From a phage, in sequence record PZ386973.1: a stretch of DNA of 64,000 nucleotides. One strand, given 5' to 3'. The position numbers and the translations under genes were made by a program. This document shows positions 8,459-18,574 of this stretch, piece by piece (the first letter of the stretch is position 1; every line of letters starts with the position of its first letter). The notes beneath the pieces were generated by a model that was not told the origin of the DNA, did no database searches, and saw nothing but the letters and a program-made list of their open reading frames with translations.

Positions 8459-10789
8459 ATGAGCCATCGTATTGAAAAAGTAATTAAACGTGACGGTACT
8501 GTAGAAGACTTTGCTCCTGAAAAAATCAATGGTTGGGCAGAGTATGGTTGCAAAACAGTTGATGTAAGTTGGTCAGCCATTACTATGGCTGCTCAAAAAA
8601 CTCTGCCTAAAGGGGTTGTAGATTCCGACACTCTGATGGACGCATTAATTAAAGCTGCTGAAAGTCTTATCAAAGATAACCCAGCATACGACGTGCCGGC
8701 AAAGGAATTACGTCTTGCGCAAATGCGTAAACGCCTCTATGATTCCTTCGAACCGCCTTCTCTGCGCTTCTTCCATGACCATATGGTTAGCGTAGGTGCA
8801 TGGGAAGACATGAGTGCATGGATTACCGATGAGCAATTTGAAGCTCTGAATCAGGTTATCGACCATGATCGTGATCGTCTTTTTACTAGTGGTGGACTGA
8901 AGCAGTTCTTTGATAAGTATTCCCGTCGTAATATAGCCACTGGTGAAATTTATGAAACCCCGCAATTTGCCTACATGGGTATGGCAATGGCGATGCTATC
9001 TCAACCTAACTGGACAATTCTAGATGCAATCGACCTCTACAACGCAATGTCGCTCCACAAAATCAACGTTCCTACGCCGCCACTGGTTGGTCTGCGCTCT
9101 AGTGACCGCGGATTTGCTAGTTGCTGCCTCGTGGATTCCACTGACACATTGGATTCAATCGACACCGCCGAGCACATCGTCTTCAAAATGGTCGCAGCCA
9201 GAGCGGGAATCGGGTATCATCTTGAAAGCCGATCAATTGCTGATCCGGTGCGAAATGGGGCATTCCCGCATTCCGGAAAACTGCCATATTATCGACACAT
9301 TGATCGATCAGTAAAAGCGAACACTCAGCAAACCCGTGGTGGTTCTGCTACTGTATCTTACCCGTACTTCGATCCTGAAATCATTCAGTTGATGCAGGTT
9401 AAGCAACAACGTGCTACAGACGAGAATAAAATCGACAAGATGGATTATTCTCTGAGCTTCAATAATCTTTTGTTAAAACGTTATCTGAAAAACGAAGATA
9501 TTACGCTAATGTCGTACTTCTATGCCCCAGAAGTTCATGAAGCGTTTTATAGTGATGACGAGGCTAAATTTGAAGAAATCTATGTGGCAGCGGAGAAACG
9601 TGTGGCATCTCTTACAAAGATCGACCACGAAGGAAAAACAGTTCCAGCAGCTCCTAAAGTCTCTGCAAAAGAAATCCTAGATACCTGGCTGCGTATCCGA
9701 ATGGAAACAGGACGTATGTATGCTCATCACATTGGGGAATCTAATCGTCATGGTAACTTCCTTGATCCGATCCGTATGACAAACCTTTGTGTTGAAATTA
9801 CTCAGCCTACACGCCCGTTCCACCATATCACAGAACTGTATAAGACAAAAGAGCAGCTTGATCAAATGAAGCCAGAGGATATTGGTGAAGTATCTCTGTG
9901 TAACTTAGGCGGTGTTGTACTTGGACGCATGGAATCTCTGGCTGAGTGGGAAAAGACTTGCTATATTCTTCTGAAATTCGTTGATACCATCATTGAAATT
10001 CAGGATTATCCATTCCCAACTATGGAATATACGGCTAAGAAACGTCGTAACGTTGGTATTGGTCTGATGAACGCAGCAGGTGCAATGGCAGCGGAAGGTT
10101 TGGCTTATGAAGGCGTTGAAGCGCGTAACTGGATTCATCGTGAAGCTGAAAAACTGTCCTACTTCCTGCATAAAGCCTCTGTACGCCTAGCCAAAGAGCA
10201 AGGTGCATGTGAATGGTTTGACCGTACTAAACCGTCTAAAGGAATACTGGTAATCGACACGTACAAGAAAACTGTTGATGAACTGGTATCAGTAGGTCTA
10301 GAAATGGATTGGGAATCTCTACGTGCAGATATTCTGAAATATGGTATGCGTAACTCTGTTCTGACTGCTCAGATGCCTGGAGAAAGTTCTTCTGTACTGT
10401 TGGGTGTTACTAACTCTATCGAACCGCCTCGTAAGATTGTATCTATCAAGGGTAGTGCGGTGAATAAAGTAATTGCAATTGCTCCAGGTGCAACCGATTG
10501 GGAAACGTTAATGAGCTATAAACTGGCTTATGATGTAGATCGTATCGAGTGGATCAAATGGGTAGCAACTATGCAGAAATTCTTCAGTCAGTCTATCAGT
10601 ACGAATATGTACTATGACTACACCAAGTTTGAGAATGAAATCATTCCTGGCCCAGTAGTAGTTCGTGATTTCATGACTGCTGTTAAGTATGGGTGGAAAA
10701 CTTGGTATTATGCTAACTTCAACACTGCAAATGGTGGAGGTGCTGGAGAAGAAGCAGCCGGTTGTGCATCCGGTGGTTGTACTATTTAA
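8459..10789 (+). CDS. nrdA: ribonucleotide reductase large subunit (class Ia)
   Basis: ATP-cone-like N-terminus (VIKRDGTVEDF), CNLG active-site region, C-terminal Cys pair; ATG 8459 with AAGGA upstream. Confidence 0.88.
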   Translation: MSHRIEKVIKRDGTVEDFAPEKINGWAEYGCKTVDVSWSAITMAAQKTLPKGVVDSDTLMDALIKAAESLIKDNPAYDVPAKELRLAQMRKRLYDSFEPPSLRFFHDHMVSVGAWEDMSAWITDEQFEALNQVIDHDRDRLFTSGGLKQFFDKYSRRNIATGEIYETPQFAYMGMAMAMLSQPNWTILDAIDLYNAMSLHKINVPTPPLVGLRSSDRGFASCCLVDSTDTLDSIDTAEHIVFKMVAARAGIGYHLESRSIADPVRNGAFPHSGKLPYYRHIDRSVKANTQQTRGGSATVSYPYFDPEIIQLMQVKQQRATDENKIDKMDYSLSFNNLLLKRYLKNEDITLMSYFYAPEVHEAFYSDDEAKFEEIYVAAEKRVASLTKIDHEGKTVPAAPKVSAKEILDTWLRIRMETGRMYAHHIGESNRHGNFLDPIRMTNLCVEITQPTRPFHHITELYKTKEQLDQMKPEDIGEVSLCNLGGVVLGRMESLAEWEKTCYILLKFVDTIIEIQDYPFPTMEYTAKKRRNVGIGLMNAAGAMAAEGLAYEGVEARNWIHREAEKLSYFLHKASVRLAKEQGACEWFDRTKPSKGILVIDTYKKTVDELVSVGLEMDWESLRADILKYGMRNSVLTAQMPGESSSVLLGVTNSIEPPRKIVSIKGSAVNKVIAIAPGATDWETLMSYKLAYDVDRIEWIKWVATMQKFFSQSISTNMYYDYTKFENEIIPGPVVVRDFMTAVKYGWKTWYYANFNTANGGGAGEEAAGCASGGCTI

Positions 10790-10796
10790 TAAAAAC

Positions 10797-10826
10797 AAGG
10801 AGATCTTCGGGTCTCCTTTTTCTTTG
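10797..10826 (+). terminator. rho-independent terminator
   Basis: Hairpin AGGAGATCTTCGGGTCTCCT followed by a T-run. Confidence 0.6.
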
Positions 10827-10835
10827 AAATTTTAC

Positions 10836-10864
10836 TTGCTAATCTCTACCAGATTTGCTATAAT
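10836..10864 (+). promoter_or_regulatory. early promoter module (TTGCTA-N17-TATAAT)
   Basis: Member of the repeated promoter family upstream of nrdB. Confidence 0.55.
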
Positions 10865-10895
10865 ATTCCTGAAATAGTGAGAAAGAGGAAAATCA

Positions 10896-12041
10896 ATGAC
10901 TACTTTACTAAACCTGAATTGGGACCATACTAACGCTGACCTTTTCCTGGGAGATTCTCTCGGTGTCGCAGATTATGTACGCGTAGCACATCCAGAACTA
11001 GAACGTCTGGCACTTCTGCAACGCTCTCAATTTTGGACTGAAACTGAAATCAGTCTGGAAGCAGATAAGAAACAATGGCCTAATCTCCCACGTGAAATTC
11101 AGGAAATTACACTCCTGAACTTAGCATGGCAGACTCAAACTGATTCCTTTATCAGTCGTGCCCCTGAAGCAGCTATTATGCCGCTTGTAAGTCGTCCAGA
11201 ATTGGAAGGAATGTTAAAGCAGTGGAGCTACTTCGAAGACCTGCATAGTCGTGCTTATAGTAATATTATTCGTAATGTGTTGACTGACCCAGCAGAATTT
11301 ATTGATTCTGTAACTAAAAACCAAGAAGCATTCGCACGAATCGCTGATTCTGTTGAACTATTCGATGAACTGTACCAGTTAGGTCAGTATTTCATTGCAG
11401 TACGCGATCATCGTGGCGACAATACTTATCCAGAAACTGAGTTCCCTGAAGTTAAACGTGAAACTCAGGCTAAACTATTAGACGCTTACTTTGCTATCTA
11501 TGGTCTGGAAGCAATGCAGTTTTACGCATCATTTGCATGTACCTTTGCATTAGCAGAGAACGATATTCTGCAAGGTATTGCTAAAAATCTGCAATTAATC
11601 GCTAAAGATGAAGCTCTGCACACTCAGATGTCCAAAGCAATCATCCAGATTATGTTCCAGCAGTTTGACAAAGACCTGGTGGATGAAGCAGTGGCTAAAG
11701 CACCAGCACAGCTCCTGAAAACTCTGAAAACTGAAATTGAATGGGGTCATTTCATTTTCAAAGGTCGTAGTCTGATTGGCTTGAATGCAGAACTTCTAGA
11801 AGAATATCTGTACTTTGTGGGGCGTAATGCATTTATGCACATCGGTGTAGAATGGCCTAGTCACTTACCAGTAATCACCAAAAACCCTATTCCGTGGATC
11901 ATGAACTGGTTGGATACTACTTCTCTACAGCCTGCTCCGCAAGAAATCCAGATTGGTGCAGCTTACCGTGTAGGTCAGGTAACTGAGACCTCTACGGATA
12001 CCCTGAAAGATCTGGGTAATGAATTTGGAGATTTCTTATGA
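10896..12041 (+). CDS. nrdB: ribonucleotide reductase small subunit
   Basis: Ferritin-like di-iron protein (EALH motifs); immediately follows nrdA. Confidence 0.85.
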   Translation: MTTLLNLNWDHTNADLFLGDSLGVADYVRVAHPELERLALLQRSQFWTETEISLEADKKQWPNLPREIQEITLLNLAWQTQTDSFISRAPEAAIMPLVSRPELEGMLKQWSYFEDLHSRAYSNIIRNVLTDPAEFIDSVTKNQEAFARIADSVELFDELYQLGQYFIAVRDHRGDNTYPETEFPEVKRETQAKLLDAYFAIYGLEAMQFYASFACTFALAENDILQGIAKNLQLIAKDEALHTQMSKAIIQIMFQQFDKDLVDEAVAKAPAQLLKTLKTEIEWGHFIFKGRSLIGLNAELLEEYLYFVGRNAFMHIGVEWPSHLPVITKNPIPWIMNWLDTTSLQPAPQEIQIGAAYRVGQVTETSTDTLKDLGNEFGDFL

Positions 12042-12571
12042 TTACAGCAATGTATGCAGTTGGGCCGAATGGGGAGTTCGGCCTCCGCGGTAAACTTCCA
12101 TGGGGTTCTTTCAAAGAAGAACTAGATGCTTTCTATTCTCAACTGGACGTGTTGAATCCAGATAACATCATTATTGGTGCGGGTACTTATTTAGCTCTTC
12201 CATACGCCGTTAGGGAACGTATGATTGGAGCCTCCGACCTATTTATTCGTGCAGATCGTCCACTGCCAGACGATATTACACATGATATTTACACCCCAAT
12301 TTCTAGGATTGGGGATACATTGCCCACGTTCTTAAAAGATCAGCAAACAGTAGTTCTAGGCGGAGCTAATCTTCTTTTGGAAATGTACCAGCACGGGCAC
12401 ATAGAAAGTGCTTTTGTATCTACAATCTTTAGCGAACAGAAGCTAGAGGCAGATATACACCTAGATAGCACAATCCTGGATTATAATTATGAATCCACTA
12501 GATTAGTTTATGCAGTTGGCGCTAACAGTGATAACAGCCTGCGATTTGTACAGGAATTGGTTACTTATTAA
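12038..12571 (+). CDS. folA: dihydrofolate reductase
   Basis: N-terminal AVGPNGEFG...LPW pattern; overlaps nrdB stop and thyA start (ATGA). Confidence 0.75.
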   Translation: MITAMYAVGPNGEFGLRGKLPWGSFKEELDAFYSQLDVLNPDNIIIGAGTYLALPYAVRERMIGASDLFIRADRPLPDDITHDIYTPISRIGDTLPTFLKDQQTVVLGGANLLLEMYQHGHIESAFVSTIFSEQKLEADIHLDSTILDYNYESTRLVYAVGANSDNSLRFVQELVTY

Positions 12572-13410
12572 TGCAACAATACTTAAAAATTCTAACAGAT
12601 GTAATTTTATTGGGTGAACCACGTAACGATCGTACGGGAACAGGCACAGTTTCAATTTTCGATTCCTATGCTAAGTTCGACCTACGTGAAGGATTCCCTG
12701 CCGTAACCACTAAACGTCTAGCTTGGAAATCGGTAGTTGGGGAACTCTTATGGTTTTTATCTGGATCTACAAATCTTCATGATCTACGTGTATTCACATT
12801 TGGTCGTGACGAAGGACAGTGGACCATCTGGACTCCAAATTATGAAGACCAAGCTATAAGTATGGGGTATGATAAGGGTAATCTAGGACCAGTATATGGT
12901 AAACAGTGGCGTAACTTTGGTGGACGAGATCAGATTCTAGAACTTATTGAGGGACTCAAGAATAATCCTCATGGCCGCAGACATCTAGTTTCTGCATGGA
13001 ATGTTGCTGAACTTGATAAAATGGCATTACCACCCTGTCACTACGGCTTCCAGTGCTATGTAAGTAACGATGGATACCTAGATCTTAAATGGACACAACG
13101 TTCTGTAGATTGTTTCCTCGGTTTACCTTTCAATATTGCTAGTTATGCTTTATTAACGCATATAATAGCAAAACTGACAGGATTAAAACCTCGTTATCTT
13201 ATCTTTAGTGGCGGTGATACTCATATCTATAATGACCACATGGAACAGGTAGAAGAACAGGTAAAACGTAAACCTCGTCCTTTACCGACTCTAGTAATGC
13301 CAGAATTTGTAGATCTTTACGACTTACTAGAAAATAATACGGCAGCTTGGTCATTCCATTTAGAGGGGTACGATCCTCACCCAGCTCTTAAAGCTAAGAT
13401 GTCTTCTTAA
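12571..13410 (+). CDS. thyA: thymidylate synthase
   Basis: RTGTGT, LPPCH active-site Cys, DxHIY motifs. Confidence 0.9.
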   Translation: MQQYLKILTDVILLGEPRNDRTGTGTVSIFDSYAKFDLREGFPAVTTKRLAWKSVVGELLWFLSGSTNLHDLRVFTFGRDEGQWTIWTPNYEDQAISMGYDKGNLGPVYGKQWRNFGGRDQILELIEGLKNNPHGRRHLVSAWNVAELDKMALPPCHYGFQCYVSNDGYLDLKWTQRSVDCFLGLPFNIASYALLTHIIAKLTGLKPRYLIFSGGDTHIYNDHMEQVEEQVKRKPRPLPTLVMPEFVDLYDLLENNTAAWSFHLEGYDPHPALKAKMSS

Positions 13411-13415
13411 CTCAA

Positions 13416-13440
13416 ATAGCCCTTCGGGGCTATTATATCT
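13416..13440 (+). terminator. terminator hairpin
   Basis: ATAGCCCTTCGGGGCTAT with TTCG tetraloop, then a U-rich stretch. Confidence 0.5.
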
Positions 13441-13449
13441 AAATTTCAT

Positions 13450-13478
13450 TTGCTTACTGAGTGAAATTTAGATATAAT
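13450..13478 (+). promoter_or_regulatory. early promoter module
   Basis: TTGCTT-N17-TATAAT followed by TTTATAAATCGGAGA. Confidence 0.5.
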
Positions 13479-13502
13479 ATATTTTATAAATCGGAGACAA
13501 CT

Positions 13503-13757
13503 ATGGGACTCTTTAAAAAGAAAGTTTATTTAACACAAAGTCAAGAACGTAGGTTCTTAGCTCTGTCTCAGTATTATCACTTACCTTTCGATCATTTTGT
13601 AGAACGGGCGTTAGAACAATTCCTAGAAAAGGAATTAAAGGCAATTAGACCTGAACCGCCAAGAGTACCAAATGATGCACAGAGAGGTCATCCATGTATT
13701 CCTCCTATGCCGCCAATTCCTCCAGCGACTAGGGTAATTATAGAAGGCGAAAACTAA
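13503..13757 (+). CDS. hypothetical protein (Pro-rich C-terminus)
   Basis: ATG 13503 after GGAGA; the track start 13461 lies inside the promoter. Confidence 0.45.
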   Translation: MGLFKKKVYLTQSQERRFLALSQYYHLPFDHFVERALEQFLEKELKAIRPEPPRVPNDAQRGHPCIPPMPPIPPATRVIIEGEN

Positions 13758-14026
13758 TGTCTATTCTTTTATCTGCTTTAGAAGCAAAACAAAATACTAT
13801 TGCTGTTATTAAACAGGAAGTACTTAATCTAGAGTCACTTATTGCCGTAGAGATTGATAAAGCAATCAAAGAAAAAGAATTTAACTGCCATATTCAGGGA
13901 TTAACTGAATATTCAGAAAACGCCAGAAACAGCGTTATGCAACGACTCACTAAACTAGGCTATGTCGTAGAAGCTAAGTATGAGCAGCGTGAAGGTTTTT
14001 GGCTTGAAATTGACTGGAGCAAATAA
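13757..14026 (+). CDS. hypothetical protein
   Basis: Track ORF, ATGA overlap. Confidence 0.45.
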   Translation: MSILLSALEAKQNTIAVIKQEVLNLESLIAVEIDKAIKEKEFNCHIQGLTEYSENARNSVMQRLTKLGYVVEAKYEQREGFWLEIDWSK

Positions 14027-14502
14027 TGTCGGTTTTCCACATTTACACAGATGGTGCTTGTAAGTCTAACCCAGGTCCAGGTGCTTGGGGTTTTATTGTC
14101 TATGATGATAACGACGATCGTTTAGGTTCTAAATCGGGTTATAGTCCTAAAACTACAAATAATGAGATGGAACTCACAGCTATTGTAGAAGCTCTACGTT
14201 GGTCTGTTAAAAAAGATAATAGACCAATTGCTATCTATACTGACTCTGCTTATTGCAAAAATGGCATGGAAAGTTGGATGTTTTCTTGGCAAAGGAAAGG
14301 CTGGAAGAAAGCAGATGGTGAAGTTCCTCTTAATCTAGAACTTTGGCAGGAAGCATTTAGATTAACACAGCAGTATATTAACTTTCATAATACTAACCCT
14401 ACCTTTATTAAGGTTAAAGGACATTCTGGTATTAGTGGTAATGAAGCTGTAGATGCCTTATGTAATACAGTTATTACTGAAGCTGAAATGGCTGAGATGT
14501 AA
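14026..14502 (+). CDS. rnhA: ribonuclease H
   Basis: YTDGAC...ELTA...TDS...GH..GNE...D pattern of RNase HI. Confidence 0.8.
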   Translation: MSVFHIYTDGACKSNPGPGAWGFIVYDDNDDRLGSKSGYSPKTTNNEMELTAIVEALRWSVKKDNRPIAIYTDSAYCKNGMESWMFSWQRKGWKKADGEVPLNLELWQEAFRLTQQYINFHNTNPTFIKVKGHSGISGNEAVDALCNTVITEAEMAEM

Positions 14503-14522
14503 TAAATAAATTAAAAATTCTC

Positions 14523-14551
14523 TTGCTTAAAGCTCTCTAATTTAGTATAAT
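14523..14551 (+). promoter_or_regulatory. early promoter module
   Basis: TTGCTT-N17-TATAAT. Confidence 0.55.
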
Positions 14552-14578
14552 ATTCGTATTGAAAGTGAGGAGGGCTTT

Positions 14579-14863
14579 ATGCGGATTTATAACTCAAATT
14601 CATTAGGATTTAAACCATTGAGAAAACGTGCACAATCACCTCGTCAAATAAGAAAGGCTAATATTGGTGAGCCAGAAACACGTCTTCCACCTCCTCCAGA
14701 ACAACGTTTAGTTTATCTGGACGAAGAATTAGCTGAACGCGAAAGAAAAGCTCAAGAAGAGATTGAGCGTAAGAAAATGTGTACTGCTCCAGCCTACTCC
14801 AAGGGGGCTTATCAGTATATCTATACAGCCGAGGAGGCTAAAGATGCGGGGCGTAAAAAATGA
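14579..14863 (+). CDS. hypothetical protein
   Basis: Track ORF downstream of promoter. Confidence 0.45.
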   Translation: MRIYNSNSLGFKPLRKRAQSPRQIRKANIGEPETRLPPPPEQRLVYLDEELAERERKAQEEIERKKMCTAPAYSKGAYQYIYTAEEAKDAGRKK

Positions 14864-15309
14864 AGATTACTGAATTTAAAGGTACTTATAGTTTCTTATC
14901 TAACTTTTATTTATCACCAATTACTTTCGAATATCTAAATGAGATATGGCATGCTGATACTGTAGAACATGCCTTTCAGGCTATGAAATCCGACCAAAAA
15001 GATGATGTAGCTCATGTACTGCGCTCCCTAAGTGCAGGAGTTGCCAAACGTAGGGGACGTAAATTAACTCTGCGCTCTGACTGGGATAAGGTAAAAGATG
15101 ATGTAATGCTAGAGCTTTTACGGTTAAAGTTTGCAATCCCTGATTTGAGAGACAAACTGTTAGCAACAAAAAATGCAACTTTGGTCGAAGGAAATACCTG
15201 GGGAGATACATATTGGGGTGTTTGCCGAGGCATCGGGGATAATACTTTAGGAGTTCTTTTGATGCAGGTAAGGTCTGAAATTAAAAGAAGCTTACAGTTA
15301 ATAAATTAA
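14860..15309 (+). CDS. NADAR-domain (YbiA-like) protein
   Basis: YSFLSNFY...HAEHAFQAMK...GNTWGDTYWG pattern. Confidence 0.6.
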   Translation: MKITEFKGTYSFLSNFYLSPITFEYLNEIWHADTVEHAFQAMKSDQKDDVAHVLRSLSAGVAKRRGRKLTLRSDWDKVKDDVMLELLRLKFAIPDLRDKLLATKNATLVEGNTWGDTYWGVCRGIGDNTLGVLLMQVRSEIKRSLQLIN

Positions 15310-15317
15310 AAATTCAT

Positions 15318-15346
15318 TTGCTAAACGCTTCAAATTCTCGTATAAT
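15318..15346 (+). promoter_or_regulatory. early promoter module
   Basis: AAAAATTCATTTGCTA...TATAAT...CATAAATTGAT. Confidence 0.6.
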
Positions 15347-15384
15347 ATACTTCATAAATTGATAAACAAAAAGGAAAATAAATA

Positions 15385-15900
15385 ATGGCTAAGCAGAAAA
15401 ACGCAAAAACTCAAGCAGCTCCGGCAGTTAAAACTTTCCCTCAGACTGAGGCTAATCGCAAAGCTCGTCTGGAACGCCACCTGCGCAAGCATCCTACCGA
15501 TGCTCAGGCTGCGCAAGCACTGAATAACCCGGCTCCGATTCGCCAGAAACCTAAGGCTAAGAATACTGCTCGTTCTGTAGCCCGCCTTGTAACCTATGTG
15601 CAGGGTTATGGTCACAAATCTGTTCCAGTAACACTGAGTTTCAATGCTGGGGCTGAATTGTTCCCTCGTAATGGCATGGCTATGAAAGACTATGAGAAGG
15701 CAGTTAACCAGAAGCGTAAACCAACGGCAGATGTACTTCGTGACACTCGTGGCCAGTTTGGTTCTGTTAAACCAAATATTTTTGGCGTAGAATATAGCAA
15801 AGATAACGTTCGTGCTCTGTGCTACGGTGTAGGAATTAAGTTCACCGGCGATTCTGCTCGTAAATCTGCTAAACCAGCTCGCAAGCGTAAAGCGAAGTAA
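15385..15900 (+). CDS. basic, Lys/Arg/Ala-rich protein
   Basis: Track ORF; highly basic termini. Confidence 0.5.
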   Translation: MAKQKNAKTQAAPAVKTFPQTEANRKARLERHLRKHPTDAQAAQALNNPAPIRQKPKAKNTARSVARLVTYVQGYGHKSVPVTLSFNAGAELFPRNGMAMKDYEKAVNQKRKPTADVLRDTRGQFGSVKPNIFGVEYSKDNVRALCYGVGIKFTGDSARKSAKPARKRKAK

Positions 15901-15963
15901 TAGATAAATAGGGGCAGAAGCCCCTACAATCTACTAATTCTCTAACTAATCAAGGATATTTTT

Positions 15964-16179
15964 ATGTTCTCTAAGAAACCACGTTCCGTTACTGAAATCG
16001 TTGCTTCCTTTACCACTATCACTGATGAGCTTCAAGCTCGTATTGAGGCTGATCAAAAAATTGCTGCGGATATTCAGAAACAGCAGGAAGAACTCGCTTT
16101 AAAGTTGGCTGAAACCAACAAGAGTGAAAAATCTGCCCAAACTATTATGGAAAATATCCTTAAACTGCTGGGCAAGTAA
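15964..16179 (+). CDS. hypothetical protein
   Basis: Track ORF. Confidence 0.45.
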   Translation: MFSKKPRSVTEIVASFTTITDELQARIEADQKIAADIQKQQEELALKLAETNKSEKSAQTIMENILKLLGK

Positions 16180-16187
16180 TTTAAATC

Positions 16188-16212
16188 AGGGGGCGAAAGC
16201 CCCTCTTATTTG
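16188..16212 (+). terminator. terminator hairpin
   Basis: AGGGGGCGAAAGCCCCCT then CTTATTT. Confidence 0.5.
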
Positions 16213-16220
16213 GAGAAACT

Positions 16221-16457
16221 ATGCGTAATTTTGTAGCAAAGAATGATTTTAACCGTGCTAGCACCCATAAGTCAGCTAGGGATTATACACGACTTTCTAG
16301 TCATGAGGTAATGGATACCTGTTATGAAGAGCTGGAAGGTAGCTGGAATGAATGGCCCGACTTCTCTATGGAAGAGAACTGGGATGTCAGTGAGGATATG
16401 CTTCCTGGTTTTAAAGACCCCAAGAAGTGGGAGTCTATTAAAGAGACAGCTCTTTAA
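16221..16457 (+). CDS. hypothetical acidic protein
   Basis: Track ORF. Confidence 0.45.
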   Translation: MRNFVAKNDFNRASTHKSARDYTRLSSHEVMDTCYEELEGSWNEWPDFSMEENWDVSEDMLPGFKDPKKWESIKETAL

Positions 16458-16485
16458 TAGTTTTCTACACAATAAAGGATAAGTT

Positions 16486-17187
16486 ATGAAAGTAAAACCA
16501 TTTGGTATGCTAGATATTGAATCTCTAGGAACCCCTGGAGATTGTGGTACTACCCATATCGCAATGCCTTCATTCGCTTTTGTGGCTATGCATGGAATTG
16601 ATAAAGACCCTGATCTAGTATTTGTTACTTTAGATGTACAAGATCAACTTAATTCTGGTGCCAAAGTTACAGCATCTACTCTAGCATTCTGGATGGATCA
16701 GGCTAAACATAGCCCGTCTGCTATTCACATTATGGAAGCTATGAAGGAACGTAATCCAAAACTGATTGCCTTCCAAAATGGTAAACATCATTGCACTAAT
16801 AAATTAGGCTCAAACTATGCTGCCTTCTCTATGGCTCAAAATATTATGGAGTTGGCTCTAGGCGAAAATGCTTTGTATTATGGCAATGGCCCAGAGTTTG
16901 ATATGACTATCTACTCTGCAAACACGTTCCATGCTGGAACCAATGAAGAGGTAGTTCCGTGGAAATTCTGGAATTTGGGTAATGTTCGATCTCTTCGTAA
17001 TCTCTGGATGCAAGCTGGATACAGTTATAAAGCTCTAGAGACAGAAGGTATTAGCTGGGCAATAGCTAAAATGGAGAAGATGGACACTATTCGTTATGGG
17101 ATCTATCCGGTTAAGCATGATCCTGCATTTGATGCCTTAGTTGAAAGCTATTGTGTTGCAGCTATGATCGAAAAAATGAAAATTTGA
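16486..17187 (+). CDS. DEDDh-type 3'-5' exonuclease-like protein
   Basis: MLDIESLG (DxE), internal EFD and C-terminal HDPAFDA. Confidence 0.55.
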   Translation: MKVKPFGMLDIESLGTPGDCGTTHIAMPSFAFVAMHGIDKDPDLVFVTLDVQDQLNSGAKVTASTLAFWMDQAKHSPSAIHIMEAMKERNPKLIAFQNGKHHCTNKLGSNYAAFSMAQNIMELALGENALYYGNGPEFDMTIYSANTFHAGTNEEVVPWKFWNLGNVRSLRNLWMQAGYSYKALETEGISWAIAKMEKMDTIRYGIYPVKHDPAFDALVESYCVAAMIEKMKI

Positions 17188-17188
17188 T

Positions 17189-17217
17189 TTGCCTCCGGCT
17201 CCAAAATTCTGTATAAT
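17189..17217 (+). promoter_or_regulatory. early promoter module
   Basis: TTGCCT-N17-TATAAT. Confidence 0.5.
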
Positions 17218-17257
17218 ATATTCATAAATTTGAGAAAACAATAAAAGGAAAACAAAT

Positions 17258-17440
17258 ATGCCAGTATCTAAAAATGTTCGTAAAAATGGTAAGAAAGCTA
17301 CTCGTAATCTGGGTATCCGTCGTATGGCTGAACGTCAATCAGGTGTCCAGAAAATCTTTGATCTGCTAAATCGTGCTAATCCTAAAATTGATAACAGTAA
17401 CGATACTGTTCTACGCACTCTGCTGGCAATTGGTCTGTAA
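17258..17440 (+). CDS. hypothetical small basic protein
   Basis: Track ORF. Confidence 0.4.
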   Translation: MPVSKNVRKNGKKATRNLGIRRMAERQSGVQKIFDLLNRANPKIDNSNDTVLRTLLAIGL

Positions 17441-17493
17441 TAGACCAAATTTAAACAAATTCAAATCTCAAACCTCATATAAGGAAGCAAATA

Positions 17494-18132
17494 ATGACTA
17501 CTCGTATTTCTAAAACTCGCGCTCTGGCAACTATCAAATCTCTGGAAGCTAAAATCCGTAAAGCTACTGAACAGCAGCTTCTGATCGCTGTTGGTGAAGG
17601 TAAGGATAAAAATAAGGTTGTAGTTGGCGCTGCAATCGAAGTAGACGATCTGTCTGCTCGTATTAAGGCAGATTTCCAATCTCTCCTGGATATGATGTCC
17701 CAGCGTGACCGTATCAAAGCTGCTCTGATTAAGAGCAATGCGGAAACAGTAGTTGAGATTGGTTCTCGTAAGATGACTGTTGCGGAAGCAATTGAAGCTA
17801 AACGTTCTATGGAGCTTAAAGCTCAGCTGCTGGCTAACATGCGTAAGCAGTTCCATGCCGCAACGGTTAAGTTTAATACCCAGAAAGCACAGTTTGATGC
17901 TAAATATGAGCGTTTGCAGGATAGCATGGCTACCCGCGATAAGAAAACTTCCGAAGATGAAGTTAAAATGCAGCTCAACCTGCTGGAACTCAAGAATACC
18001 CCATTCTTGATTGATCCGCTGGAACTGGAGAAGCTGATTAAGCAGCATGACGAGGAATATCAGGACTTTGCAACAAATGTTGACTTTGTTCTGTCCGAGT
18101 CTAACGCCTCTACTTTCATTGAAGTAGAGTAA
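17494..18132 (+). CDS. hypothetical helical protein
   Basis: Track ORF with AAGGA RBS; the antisense 237-aa ORF was rejected. Confidence 0.5.
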   Translation: MTTRISKTRALATIKSLEAKIRKATEQQLLIAVGEGKDKNKVVVGAAIEVDDLSARIKADFQSLLDMMSQRDRIKAALIKSNAETVVEIGSRKMTVAEAIEAKRSMELKAQLLANMRKQFHAATVKFNTQKAQFDAKYERLQDSMATRDKKTSEDEVKMQLNLLELKNTPFLIDPLELEKLIKQHDEEYQDFATNVDFVLSESNASTFIEVE

Positions 18133-18515
18133 TGATTTGAAAGCTAGTAAATCGGTAGACGAAAGCCCAAGCATCTTACCTCGCAGCAGCGGTTGAAATA
18201 CGAGGTTAAATAAGACCGCTGACCATACTATAAAGTATAATCTATTGGAGATTATGTTTATTACACCAGCCTTTTAAGCTGACACGTAAGAACAAAGCGT
18301 CGTTGATATTACCGACACAACTTCAAAGATCAACATTTAAGTATGAAAGCTGAAAAGTTTAAAGAACTCAAACTTCTAAACTTCTAAAGCTAAAAGATGC
18401 AAAGTATTCGTTGATGATTCAAACCCTAGATCAAAGGTACATGGCTCATAAGATATGGCCTGTGGCGCCTCTAGGCTGTTTATCGGTTTACTAGTTTCAC
18501 AATTTAAAAATGTAT

Positions 18516-18544
18516 TTGCTAATTTATTAAGTTATCTGTATAAT
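18516..18544 (+). promoter_or_regulatory. early promoter module
   Basis: TTGCTA-N17-TATAAT. Confidence 0.55.
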
Positions 18545-18574
18545 ATATTTTTAAATTGATGAAACGAGGCTATT

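Noticed and set aside
8708-10171. Several minus-strand and alternate-frame ORFs inside nrdA
   Set aside because: They lie wholly within a gene with strong family motifs and have no RBS or promoter.
17461-18174. Minus-strand 237-aa ORF antisense to 17494-18132
   Set aside because: The plus-strand ORF follows a promoter and RBS consistent with its neighbours; the antisense frame is Leu/Phe/Ser-rich as expected from an AT-rich complement.
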